DNA of 64,000 bases from NCBI GenBank assembly GCA_964439935.1, contig CAYTPW010000007.1:33932-97931 (forward strand). The letters are read 5' to 3'. This DNA is from an uncultured bacterium (lineage in GTDB: Bacteria; Fidelibacterota; Marinisomatia; Marinisomatales; TCS56). Position numbers and translations under genes: made by a program. Shown piece after piece: positions 39,369 to 47,640 of this stretch. Each line of letters begins with the position of its first letter. Positions within the stretch are counted from its first letter, which is position 1. The notes below the pieces were generated by a model, which saw only the letters and a list, made by a program, of their open reading frames with translations, ran no database searches and was not told where the DNA came from.

Positions 39369-40253
39369 CTATTTTTTCTTAATATACTGCTCTCTTTGAT
39401 TATATGGTACTTGTACTGATTCAGAAATTTTACTTTCTATATTTTTAAGATAATTCACCATGAAATGTTCTTTAAAGCTTTCGTGGGAAATATTTTTCCA
39501 AAAACTACCAGCAGACTTCCTTGTAGCATCATGCTTTTCAAGATAAACAAAATATTTTTTATCTAATAATATGACTTCTTCACCAAGGTGCTCATAAATA
39601 CCATGAATTGAATCTAATAGCGTTATCGGTGGTAAGAGTGGAACAATGTCATTTTCATCGACAACTCGTGTAATTGGTAGATAATTATAAGCCTGTACAC
39701 CTTTATTATTTGTTACTTTAGGTTGTCCAAAATTAATGGATGGTTCTAAGCTGAATCCATCTTCATGTAAATACATCATAATTAAAGTTGCTATAGCAGC
39801 TCCTAATGAATGGCCAGTAACCGAAGTTTTATATTCTTTGTTAAGATAAGGATGTACATCTGTATAAACTTTTGTAGCATCGCGATCAAATCCACGATGC
39901 GTATAAATTTTAAGTTTTTTGTTTTTTGATTGCCAGTATTCTGCATCTTCTTTAATATTTTTTAAATTTGAGGTTCCACGAATACTTAATACTTGTAATT
40001 CCTTACTTGGAAAGACTTCCAAAAAATATTGAACATCAATATCTTTTATTTCTGCAACTCGTACTGTTTGAGTAAACTTTTCTTTTATAAAGCCTTGGCT
40101 TTTATATGCGGCATTTGCTCTTTCAGCAAACCATTGCACTTTTTCAAAATCAATCTTTTTACTAGTCGCTATATCCAAGCCATTTTTAGAAATCCAAATA
40201 CAATTTGTAATTAATAACATTAATAGTATTAGAACTATATTAATTGCTTTCAT
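39369..40253 (-). CDS. class 3 lipase family protein (secreted)
   Basis: It has a signal peptide, the nucleophile elbow GHSLGAA, and a later D (VVDENDIVP). The ATG at 40253 is preceded by TAGGTTGAAT. Confidence 0.7.
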   Translation of the reverse strand: MKAINIVLILLMLLITNCIWISKNGLDIATSKKIDFEKVQWFAERANAAYKSQGFIKEKFTQTVRVAEIKDIDVQYFLEVFPSKELQVLSIRGTSNLKNIKEDAEYWQSKNKKLKIYTHRGFDRDATKVYTDVHPYLNKEYKTSVTGHSLGAAIATLIMMYLHEDGFSLEPSINFGQPKVTNNKGVQAYNYLPITRVVDENDIVPLLPPITLLDSIHGIYEHLGEEVILLDKKYFVYLEKHDATRKSAGSFWKNISHESFKEHFMVNYLKNIESKISESVQVPYNQREQYIKKK

Positions 40254-40373
40254 ATTCAACCTATTATTTTATCTATAAAAGCTCTTTGCCTAATTAATTA
40301 AAATTATGATATTGAAATATCATTAACAAATATGAAAAATATTTATCCAAAATAAAGATAAATATCAAATATA

Positions 40374-40498
40374 GTATAACGCACTAGGCTTGAGCTGCTT
40401 CTCGAAACGGACTTGCTTGGTAAATTCACTGTATCCTGCCACATCATTTTCGTAAACCAATCCCTTGTGTGTGAGTCAGCTCTAAGCCTTTGTTAGAT
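40374..40498 (-). repeat. attC-like recombination site (125 nt)
   Basis: Read on the minus strand it is ATCTAAC-aaa-GGCTTAGAGCTG ... CAGCTCAAGCC-tagtgc-GTTATAC. The ends are an inverse core RYYYAAC and a near-core GTTRRRY with one mismatch. The inner stem is 11 bp with one bulged base. The element begins 12 nt after the BNR ORF stop. Confidence 0.55.
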
Positions 40499-40510
40499 GC
40501 ACCAGCAACT

Positions 40511-41515
40511 TCAATGAGTATAAATACCACGATAAAGACCGTCATAGTAAGTACCAAGATAAACTCGATTTTCAGAATCAATTGCTAACGATCGGACTGC
40601 TATTGGGATTTTTAAACCTGAATTAACCTGATCCCAATTATGCCCATTGTCATTTGATACAAAAACACCATCACCATAGAAAATTCCTGCAAAAAGATCT
40701 CCATATTCATTGGATGCAAGCTCCTCAATGTTTTTTCCAACAAGACCTGCTTTTTCCCAGGTATTTCCGTTGTCAACTGATCTGTAAACACCATTAGTGG
40801 TTCCTGCGAATATGACACCCGAAAGACTTGTCGTAAGAGTTTTGATACTTAGCGTATCCAACCCTGCATGCTCCCAGGTTGCTTGATCGTGACTGTACCG
40901 GAAAACACCAACAGGAATACTATTCACAGCCACAGAGCCATAATATATGTTTCCCAGGGTATCATATGTAATGGCATAAAAGGATAGACTGGTCGGCGGA
41001 AGACCGGCACTAATATTCTCCCACGACTCAGCGTTGTTATGTGAGGTGAACGCTAGATAGTTATCAATCCAACCTCCACAAAATAGAACATCTTCATCAT
41101 TGATTGACATAACCTGTGGAGAACCATAAGGGGTACTTCGCGTTTCCCAAGTTGAGCCATTGTCGATTGACAAGAATGTGTTAGCCGAATGTACGATAAT
41201 TTCATCTGATGAATTAACTATAATTGATTTAACCCAGCCTGTGTTCGACAATATTTCAGACCAACTCTCCCCATCATCGGATGATTTGTAAATAGCGGAA
41301 TTGTCAGTACTGGTTCCAATGAAAATATCGGAATCAGAGTTAAAGCCTATCGCAGTAACTCGTATACCCTCAAATTCAATATGCTCCCACATAAGCGATT
41401 CATCAGGATTAGCATTATCAATTGTGTCCTCACAACTGAAAATGAATATCAACAAAAAGAGGAAAAAGGAAACTGGTTTAATTTTTATCATCAGATTCCT
41501 GGTTAATGGTTGCAT
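40511..41515 (-). CDS. BNR/Sortilin-type (Ycf48-like) beta-propeller protein, secreted
   Basis: It has five S-x-D-x-G-x-(T/S)-W-like motifs: SSDDGESW, SIDNGSTW, NNAESW, SVDNGNTW and SNDNGHNW. A signal peptide is present. The start may instead be the internal ATG (MIKIKP). Confidence 0.65.
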   Translation of the reverse strand: MQPLTRNLMIKIKPVSFFLFLLIFIFSCEDTIDNANPDESLMWEHIEFEGIRVTAIGFNSDSDIFIGTSTDNSAIYKSSDDGESWSEILSNTGWVKSIIVNSSDEIIVHSANTFLSIDNGSTWETRSTPYGSPQVMSINDEDVLFCGGWIDNYLAFTSHNNAESWENISAGLPPTSLSFYAITYDTLGNIYYGSVAVNSIPVGVFRYSHDQATWEHAGLDTLSIKTLTTSLSGVIFAGTTNGVYRSVDNGNTWEKAGLVGKNIEELASNEYGDLFAGIFYGDGVFVSNDNGHNWDQVNSGLKIPIAVRSLAIDSENRVYLGTYYDGLYRGIYTH

Positions 41516-41645
41516 CTAACGGTTTAACTCACCGAGCGTAACTTGACCTGACTTTATTCGGTTGATTAACAATTCCTGGTTCAAAATCCTCATTTTCTCA
41601 AATTGTCCAGCCCGCTATTTGCGTCCGGTGCGGTGTTTGTTAGGT
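41514..41645 (-). repeat. attC-like recombination site (132 nt)
   Basis: Read on the minus strand it is ACCTAAC-aaaca-CCGCACCGGACGC ... CGCTCGGTGAG-ttaaacc-GTTAGAT. The ends are canonical RYYYAAC and GTTRRRY with imperfect inner inverted repeats. It begins 9 nt after the SIMPL-like stop, and its last two bases are the AT of the next ORF's ATG. Confidence 0.6.
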
Positions 41646-41654
41646 GAATAATTG

Positions 41655-42320
41655 TTAATCGACTAATTGGTATTTAATTTTTAATGAAACTTTAATTTCA
41701 ACAGAATCTTGAATTCCCAATTTTCTTTCTGATGCAAGCATATATCTATCAAGATCCGTTTTGATATTCGCTGGTCCGACATTTATCATTTTGCCTATAT
41801 TTTTCCCAAATGAATTACTAATCTTTTCTGCTCTATCATTAGCGTTCCTAATGGCCAATTGATAGGCATTTAATTTATGTTCTTCAATTTTGGAAATATT
41901 AGGCTCTGTCTTAAGGATTGAACCCTGATTATTTGAAAAAATCAAATATATATCTTCAACAACAGAAATATCGGTCACTGTTACACTTACTATTTGTTTG
42001 GAATAAAAAACCTGATCGCTACAGTTTAGTTCAGATGTGACTTGCCTGGGTGAGAATTCAACACTCTCAGTATATTTTGAATGCTTTTCCAAATCCGCAA
42101 TCAAATTATTGTGCGAATCCTTATAGGCTAAATCAATGTCTTCTAGATTCTCACTTCTATGATGTAGAATGCCAATCATAATTATTTTTTCGGCTGGAAT
42201 TTTAAGTGATGCTTCACCATATATCTCAATAGTAGATATTTCCAATTCATCACTTGCACTCAAAACAACAATTAATGAACAAAGTAATAGTTTTACCCAC
42301 ATAGTATTTCTTATAATCAT
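41655..42320 (-). CDS. SIMPL (DUF541)-like periplasmic protein
   Basis: 221 aa with a signal peptide. The central AYQLAIRNANDRAEKISNSFGKNIG segment resembles SIMPL/DUF541. The RBS AGGTG lies inside the core-site repeat. Confidence 0.45.
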   Translation of the reverse strand: MIIRNTMWVKLLLCSLIVVLSASDELEISTIEIYGEASLKIPAEKIIMIGILHHRSENLEDIDLAYKDSHNNLIADLEKHSKYTESVEFSPRQVTSELNCSDQVFYSKQIVSVTVTDISVVEDIYLIFSNNQGSILKTEPNISKIEEHKLNAYQLAIRNANDRAEKISNSFGKNIGKMINVGPANIKTDLDRYMLASERKLGIQDSVEIKVSLKIKYQLVD

Positions 42321-42606
42321 AATTATTCACCTAACTAGTAATTGAACGAGTTGTATAATAACTTATGGCCGCGAAAAGCTCTATGAAAATAATTCATGCA
42401 ACTACCCCTATATCTCTATATTATTCAGATATTAAGCTTAATAATCCTGGAATCCAAATGGAATTTTATTATAGTCGGATAATAAACTGAATTCGAATAT
42501 CATTCCGGAGCTCTGGGTCATAAATCATCTATTGGACTCTTAACATGATGGCCCCGTTTCCTTTTCTTTCCTTTCCCCGTTTCCTCACAATTCCGTAGCT
42601 TCAACC

Positions 42607-43737
42607 ATGTCAAATTATATGGGAATTATCCTGTTCATTATCGGCTTTATCACTGGCGGCGTCCTGATCTGGTTCATTCGTCAAAGAGAGCTGGCAGCGG
42701 TTGAGCGGGATCGTGATCAGGCAGCCGAAGCCCGGGAGACCAGCAACAAACAACTGGAGGACGCTTTCGGCAACCTGTCCAAGGCGGCGCTTTCGGATAA
42801 TCAGAAAATTTTCTTGGAACTGGCCAAGAGTAAGTTTGATGATCTGTTAAAATCGTCAGACAGCCAGTTGGACGAAAAGAAAAAACTGATCGATAGCACC
42901 GTCAAGGATATGAAAGCCCAGTTGGAGCACCTTAACCAGCAGACTTCCGCCCTGAAGGGCCACCTGAAACAGTCCCAGCAGGGAATGTCCGAATTGTCGG
43001 ATACCACAGGTCAGCTGCGAAGGATCCTCTCCAGCTCCCAGGCCCGCGGTCAGTGGGGCGAGCGAATGGTGGAAGATATCCTCAATTTCATCGGCCTGAT
43101 GGAAGGTAAGAATTATAGCAAGCAGACTATGGAAGGCGTAGGCAAGCCGGATTATACTTTTTATCTGCCCCATGATAAAAGAGTCAATATGGATGTGAAA
43201 TTTCCGTTGGCTCATTATGAACGTTACCTGGCAGCGGAGCAGGAGGCGGAAAGGGAAAATGCCAAAAAACTCTTTTTACGTGATGTGCGCCAGCGGGTTG
43301 GTGAAATCGCCAAGCGCGATTATATCGATCCTGCCGGTGGAACCGTCAACTATGTTCTGTTGTTTATTCCCAATGAAAGTATTTATGCTTTCCTTAACCG
43401 GGAAGATAATGATTTGATCGATTTTTCTTTGTCCAAAAAGATTATTCTGTGCTCACCGGTGACGCTGTATGCTGTACTATCTCTGATTCGCCAGTCAGTG
43501 GATAATTTTGCCATGGAAAACAGGGCGGGTGAGATGCAGCAGCTGGTCCAGAGCTTCAGGCAGCAGTGGCTGAAATTCACGGAGAAAATCGATGCCATGG
43601 GTAAATCACTCGGTGTTGTCCAGAAACATTACGATGAGCTGGCGACCACCCGCAGCAATCAATTGCAGAAACCGATGGAGAAAATATCGAACCTGAAATT
43701 TGAGACAGAACCTGAAAAGCTGGAGGACAGCAATTGA
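42607..43737 (+). CDS. rmuC: DNA recombination protein RmuC
   Basis: 376 aa with an N-terminal TM segment and a coiled-coil. The nuclease-like core is KPDYTFYLP...MDVKFPL. Confidence 0.85.
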   Translation: MSNYMGIILFIIGFITGGVLIWFIRQRELAAVERDRDQAAEARETSNKQLEDAFGNLSKAALSDNQKIFLELAKSKFDDLLKSSDSQLDEKKKLIDSTVKDMKAQLEHLNQQTSALKGHLKQSQQGMSELSDTTGQLRRILSSSQARGQWGERMVEDILNFIGLMEGKNYSKQTMEGVGKPDYTFYLPHDKRVNMDVKFPLAHYERYLAAEQEAERENAKKLFLRDVRQRVGEIAKRDYIDPAGGTVNYVLLFIPNESIYAFLNREDNDLIDFSLSKKIILCSPVTLYAVLSLIRQSVDNFAMENRAGEMQQLVQSFRQQWLKFTEKIDAMGKSLGVVQKHYDELATTRSNQLQKPMEKISNLKFETEPEKLEDSN

Positions 43738-44525
43738 AACAATTAGCCTATTTACTCATCTGTCTGCTAATTCTGATCACCGGAGCCTGTGTTGGACCGG
43801 AAGAGTATGATGATGGCCTGCTGGAAAACCTGCCAGCGGTGATTAATACCGCGGATGTGCTCTCGCTGAGCCTGAAAGCCAATAATTATACCTTTAACGA
43901 AAGTTATCCTTTAGAACTGACTTTTGTTGATTCGGTGGATCTGCTGGCCATTAGCCTGACAGTGACCGGGTATGGCGGTAAGGGTAAGGATACGACTTTG
44001 CTCGAATTGTATGATGCAGAAAATCAATTAATGTTGTATATCCCGATAACTGTAAACGGAGTTGTGAATTCAATTTACCGGGCAGAATTGATCAAGCCCC
44101 ACCGTGTAAAGATCCAGGGTGATAATATTACCGGTACGATCACATTTATGATCACCAAGCAAACTGATACGGTAGGACCGGTCTTTGGTGCAGAGGTGAA
44201 TCTACCGGTTATTGTAGATTGGAATGATAATTTTACTTATCTGCTGGATGCCCAGAATTTTACTTTTAATCACAGTTATCCGGTCGAGTTAAATCTTTCA
44301 GATACTACCTCAATTATATATTCCAGTTTATTCGTTGGTGCTTTTGTCAGTGGTACCGGCTCGGTTACTTTATTCGACGCCAGTGATTCCTTACTTCGCC
44401 GGTGGGACATAAACGAAGCCGTGATCGACTTTCAACAGGATATTGTCAATACCTTCAAACCAAGCAAAATTCAGGTCAGCGGCAATGAATTAACGGGGGT
44501 ACTCGAATTTATTTTATCAAAATAA
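43734..44525 (+). CDS. hypothetical lipoprotein with internal tandem duplication
   Basis: Its TTG start overlaps the rmuC stop (TTGA). The lipobox is ITGAC. Two about-110-aa halves are homologous (..NYTFNESYPLEL.. / ..NFTFNHSYPVEL.., ..ITGTITFMITK / ..LTGVLEFILSK). Confidence 0.5.
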   Translation: MKQLAYLLICLLILITGACVGPEEYDDGLLENLPAVINTADVLSLSLKANNYTFNESYPLELTFVDSVDLLAISLTVTGYGGKGKDTTLLELYDAENQLMLYIPITVNGVVNSIYRAELIKPHRVKIQGDNITGTITFMITKQTDTVGPVFGAEVNLPVIVDWNDNFTYLLDAQNFTFNHSYPVELNLSDTTSIIYSSLFVGAFVSGTGSVTLFDASDSLLRRWDINEAVIDFQQDIVNTFKPSKIQVSGNELTGVLEFILSK

Positions 44526-44544
44526 AAACAATCGAGGAATCAGG

Positions 44545-45279
44545 ATGCGCAAATTAATTTCCTTATTAATAATGACCAGCATCCTATTGTGGGGAGGAGT
44601 CATGGATAAGCAATTCGAAGCTGATATATTTACTACAGCACTTGGAGATTTGAAAATCACATTTATCGGGCATGCTACTTTAATGTTCGAAATCAATGAC
44701 CGAGTGATCCATATTGATCCTGTTACCCGGGAAGCAGATTATTCACGATTACCAGCAGCTGACCTGATTCTGGTTACGCATGAGCATTTTGATCACTTGG
44801 ATCCGGAGGCACTCCAATTGATCACCAAAAAAACTACCCGATTGATTTATACCGGGAGATGTGCCAATCAGCATCCTGGTGGCACAATTATGGACAATGG
44901 TGATCAACTGGACCTGGACTGGGTGAAGATCGAGGCATTACCTGCTTATAATATTGTCAATGAACGATCTCCGGGAAGGCCTTTTCATCCCGGGGGGGCT
45001 GGTAACGGATATGTGCTATCAATTGGCGGTAAACGGATTTATGTGGCCGGTGACACAGAGAATATCCCGGAAATGAAGAGGCTTGAAAATATTGATATTG
45101 CATTTCTACCAATGAACCTACCCTACACCATGACTCCAGAAATGGTCGCCGAGGCCACCCTTGCATTTCGTCCCAATATTCTGTATCCTTATCATTTCGG
45201 ATCAACCGACCCACAGGATCTGGTTAATCTCCTTGGAGAACAAAAGGATATCGAGATCAGGATCCGCAAATTGCAGTGA
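44545..45279 (+). CDS. MBL-fold metallo-hydrolase (secreted/membrane-anchored)
   Basis: It has the THEHFDH motif, an N-terminal hydrophobic segment, and a GAGGAA RBS. Confidence 0.75.
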   Translation: MRKLISLLIMTSILLWGGVMDKQFEADIFTTALGDLKITFIGHATLMFEINDRVIHIDPVTREADYSRLPAADLILVTHEHFDHLDPEALQLITKKTTRLIYTGRCANQHPGGTIMDNGDQLDLDWVKIEALPAYNIVNERSPGRPFHPGGAGNGYVLSIGGKRIYVAGDTENIPEMKRLENIDIAFLPMNLPYTMTPEMVAEATLAFRPNILYPYHFGSTDPQDLVNLLGEQKDIEIRIRKLQ

Positions 45280-45541
45280 CGCACCATTAACAGTTTGAGC
45301 ATAGCATTTAGGATAAAATCCGATTGAAGATAAACTGTAATCAGTTTTAGAGGCAGTAAGTGGATTGTCCAAAATATCAATTCAATCCGCTCAATTCCTT
45401 TATCGGACGTACTTTGTTTAATAGCAGAAAATTTCAACGGTTGGAAAAAAAGTTTATTAAGCCGTAAATTACATTTATCGATTTGATTAAGGGTCATCAG
45501 CTGGTGATCCGAAATGAGATAATCTGCTGATGGAGGTTTGA

Positions 45542-46324
45542 ATGGAAGCGAAGATCAAACAGGCCCGTAAAATCATTTCCGGAGCCTTAGATCGGTACGG
45601 GGAGCGTATTGCAGTTGGCTGTAGTTGGGGGAAGGATAGTATAGCCCTGTTGCACCTGATTTTAGACATCAATCCTGATGTTCCGGTTTTTTCAATCCTT
45701 ACTAAATATAAACCGGCAGCAACCCTCGAATATGCACTGCAGATCTCTGAATTATTCAAGATTGATCCCAAATTTTATCTGGTCGCTGATTCGATCCCTC
45801 CAATCCTGAAGCAAAACGGCTTATCGGTCACACTGATTGATGACCGGGAATATTGCCGGCAAGCCGATCGTGCCAAACAACTATCCGGCCAAAATCTCCA
45901 CCACTTTGATCCCAAACTCTGCTGCCAGCTGTTGAAGCTAATGCCGACCCGGGTGGCCTATAACGATATGGAGCTGAAAGCCTGGTTCAGTGGACTGCGC
46001 AGCACTGAGGGACATACCAGGACATTCATTAAAATCATTGAAAAGCGCAGTGAGCGGGAAGTTAAGGTAAATCCGATTTTAAACTGGCTTGAAAATGAGG
46101 TCTGGAAGTATTTAGAAGATTATAATATCCCGCCCCATCCCTGGTATGTAAAGGATTTCGGAAATGGCCGGCGCATTCGATCCCTGGGCTGTGAACCATG
46201 CACAGTTCCAATCTATGAATATGAGAGTGAGCGTGATGGACGCTGGCGCGGAACCATGAAAATGGCCGGGGAATGCGGAATTCACACGCAGCCGCTCCGT
46301 AAAATACAGATTGATGAGGCCTGA
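45542..46324 (+). CDS. cysH: phosphoadenosine/adenosine phosphosulfate reductase family protein (CysH-like)
   Basis: 260 aa with the PP-loop-like SWGKDS motif and C-terminal GCEPCT and ECGIH motifs characteristic of CysH. The RBS is GGAGG. Confidence 0.7.
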   Translation: MEAKIKQARKIISGALDRYGERIAVGCSWGKDSIALLHLILDINPDVPVFSILTKYKPAATLEYALQISELFKIDPKFYLVADSIPPILKQNGLSVTLIDDREYCRQADRAKQLSGQNLHHFDPKLCCQLLKLMPTRVAYNDMELKAWFSGLRSTEGHTRTFIKIIEKRSEREVKVNPILNWLENEVWKYLEDYNIPPHPWYVKDFGNGRRIRSLGCEPCTVPIYEYESERDGRWRGTMKMAGECGIHTQPLRKIQIDEA

Positions 46325-47639
46325 GAACATCAATTTAGCAGCCGGTTTTCAGCCGACTCAATTTTCACTTCATTGTCAGGGGTGTGGTGAGTATCTAGAA
46401 ACCAATACAGTACTTTTAAACCATTCCGGTTGTATCGAACCGGGATTATTGCGGGCTGATTACGATCGGCAGCAGCTTACCGATCGGGGGGAAGAATCTG
46501 GTCTGTTTCGCTATGCTGACTGGCTGCCGGTCAAACACTTCTTAACCGGTTCAGGCTACCCGGTAACCTATCGTAGTAGCGGACTATCAAATCGGCTTGG
46601 ACTCAAAAACCTTTTTATAACCTTTTGTGGTTTCTGGCCAGAACGCAATGCTAACATGCTGACCGGTACTTTCAAGGAGTGTGAGGCTTACAGTGTCTGC
46701 GCCAGTATGGAACAGGACGGATCGGAAACACTGGTGGTCGCCTCGGCCGGCAATACCGCCCGTGCCTTTGCCAAGGTCTGTTCTGATAATCGTATCCCGG
46801 TCATTATTGTCGTGCCTGAACAAAATCTCCCCGCGCTCTGGTTCATTGATCAAGTCAATTCCAATGTTCGATTGGTAGTTGCCGGGGGTGACAGCGACTA
46901 CTATGACGCTATAAAGTTGGCTGATCTGATCTGCCAGCATCAAGGTTTTATGCCGGAAGGTGGTGCTAAAAATATTGCCCGCCGAGACGGTATGGGTACT
47001 ACATTGCTGTCCGCAACCGTTACAATTGGACAATTACCCGATTATTATTTCCAGGCAGTAGGAAGCGGAACCGGTTCGATTGCAGCCTGGGAAGCAGGTA
47101 TCAGATTAAGCCGGGACGGTCGTTTCGGAACAAACATTCCGCGGTTGGTTACTTCACAAAATTCGCCATTTTTACCGATCCATGATGCCTGGCAACTCCG
47201 TCAGCGGAATCTGGTTGATACCGATTCGGAGATCGCTCATCGTCAAGTAGAAGCGATCTGGGCCAAAGTATTATCCAACCGTCAACCACCCTACGGCATT
47301 CCTGGTGGTTTATACGATGCACTGGTTGATACTGACGGTCTTGTTTTGGCTGTTGATAACACTGCCGCTCGAGCTGCTGCAGAATTATTTCAGGAGTTGG
47401 AAGGAAATGATATCGCTCCGGCGGCCGCTGTTGCCCTGGCCAGTTTGATTCAGGCGGTTGAAATGAAAATAATCGATTCTGATGCGGTCATAATGCTGAA
47501 TATTACCGGGGGCGGAATCGAACGTTTGAAACGGATGCACCGAATTTACCACCTGCAACCTCACCTGACCATTCCGCGGGAAAAAATTAATCCTGACGAA
47601 ATTGAGTTAGTAGTAACCAGACTAAACAAGGAAATATGA
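46314..47639 (+). CDS. threonine-synthase-fold PLP enzyme, cysteate-synthase-like
   Basis: About 441 aa with an N-terminal Cys cluster (CQGCG...HSGC), the PLP-lysine context TGTFKE, and SAGNTARA. It overlaps the cysH-like gene by 11 nt. Confidence 0.5.
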   Translation: MRPENINLAAGFQPTQFSLHCQGCGEYLETNTVLLNHSGCIEPGLLRADYDRQQLTDRGEESGLFRYADWLPVKHFLTGSGYPVTYRSSGLSNRLGLKNLFITFCGFWPERNANMLTGTFKECEAYSVCASMEQDGSETLVVASAGNTARAFAKVCSDNRIPVIIVVPEQNLPALWFIDQVNSNVRLVVAGGDSDYYDAIKLADLICQHQGFMPEGGAKNIARRDGMGTTLLSATVTIGQLPDYYFQAVGSGTGSIAAWEAGIRLSRDGRFGTNIPRLVTSQNSPFLPIHDAWQLRQRNLVDTDSEIAHRQVEAIWAKVLSNRQPPYGIPGGLYDALVDTDGLVLAVDNTAARAAAELFQELEGNDIAPAAAVALASLIQAVEMKIIDSDAVIMLNITGGGIERLKRMHRIYHLQPHLTIPREKINPDEIELVVTRLNKEI

Positions 47640-47640
47640 G

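Larger units (their letters stand above)
37374..42335 (-). mobile_element. integron-like gene-cassette array without integrase (CALIN-like): at least 3 cassettes (about 815, 1140 and 3000 nt)
   Basis: All ORFs are co-oriented and AT-rich, and they are separated by attC-like sites. Core and inverse-core pairs match within each cassette (GTTAGGT/ACCTAAC, GTTAGAT/ATCTAAC). No intI is present in the window. Confidence 0.5.

Noticed and set aside
40374-40498. The translation of the attC-like element gives KGLVYENDVAGYSEFTKQVRFEKQLK, faintly reminiscent of the C-terminus of small GIY-YIG proteins.
   Set aside because: It is only about 30 aa, with no start codon or GIY/YIG motifs. The resemblance rests on a few residues. 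The stem and core-site structure is a stronger explanation.
42336-42606. I looked for an integron integrase, an attI site or a Pc promoter to the right of the first core site. I also looked for any tyrosine recombinase or transposase in the window.
   Set aside because: This region holds only 271 nt of non-coding DNA followed by rmuC. No recombinase-like ORF occurs anywhere in the 64 kb, so I did not call a complete integron.
45280-45541. Possible SAM or other sulfur-responsive riboswitch in the long leader of the cysH-like operon.
   Set aside because: I could not find the conserved S-box or other known riboswitch core sequences by eye. Only a simple RBS-occluding hairpin is reported.
45192-45771. 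Two minus-strand ORFs (101 and 94 aa) spanning the leader and 5' part of the cysH-like gene.
   Set aside because: They overlap well-supported plus-strand genes at both ends. They show no RBS and no recognisable motifs.
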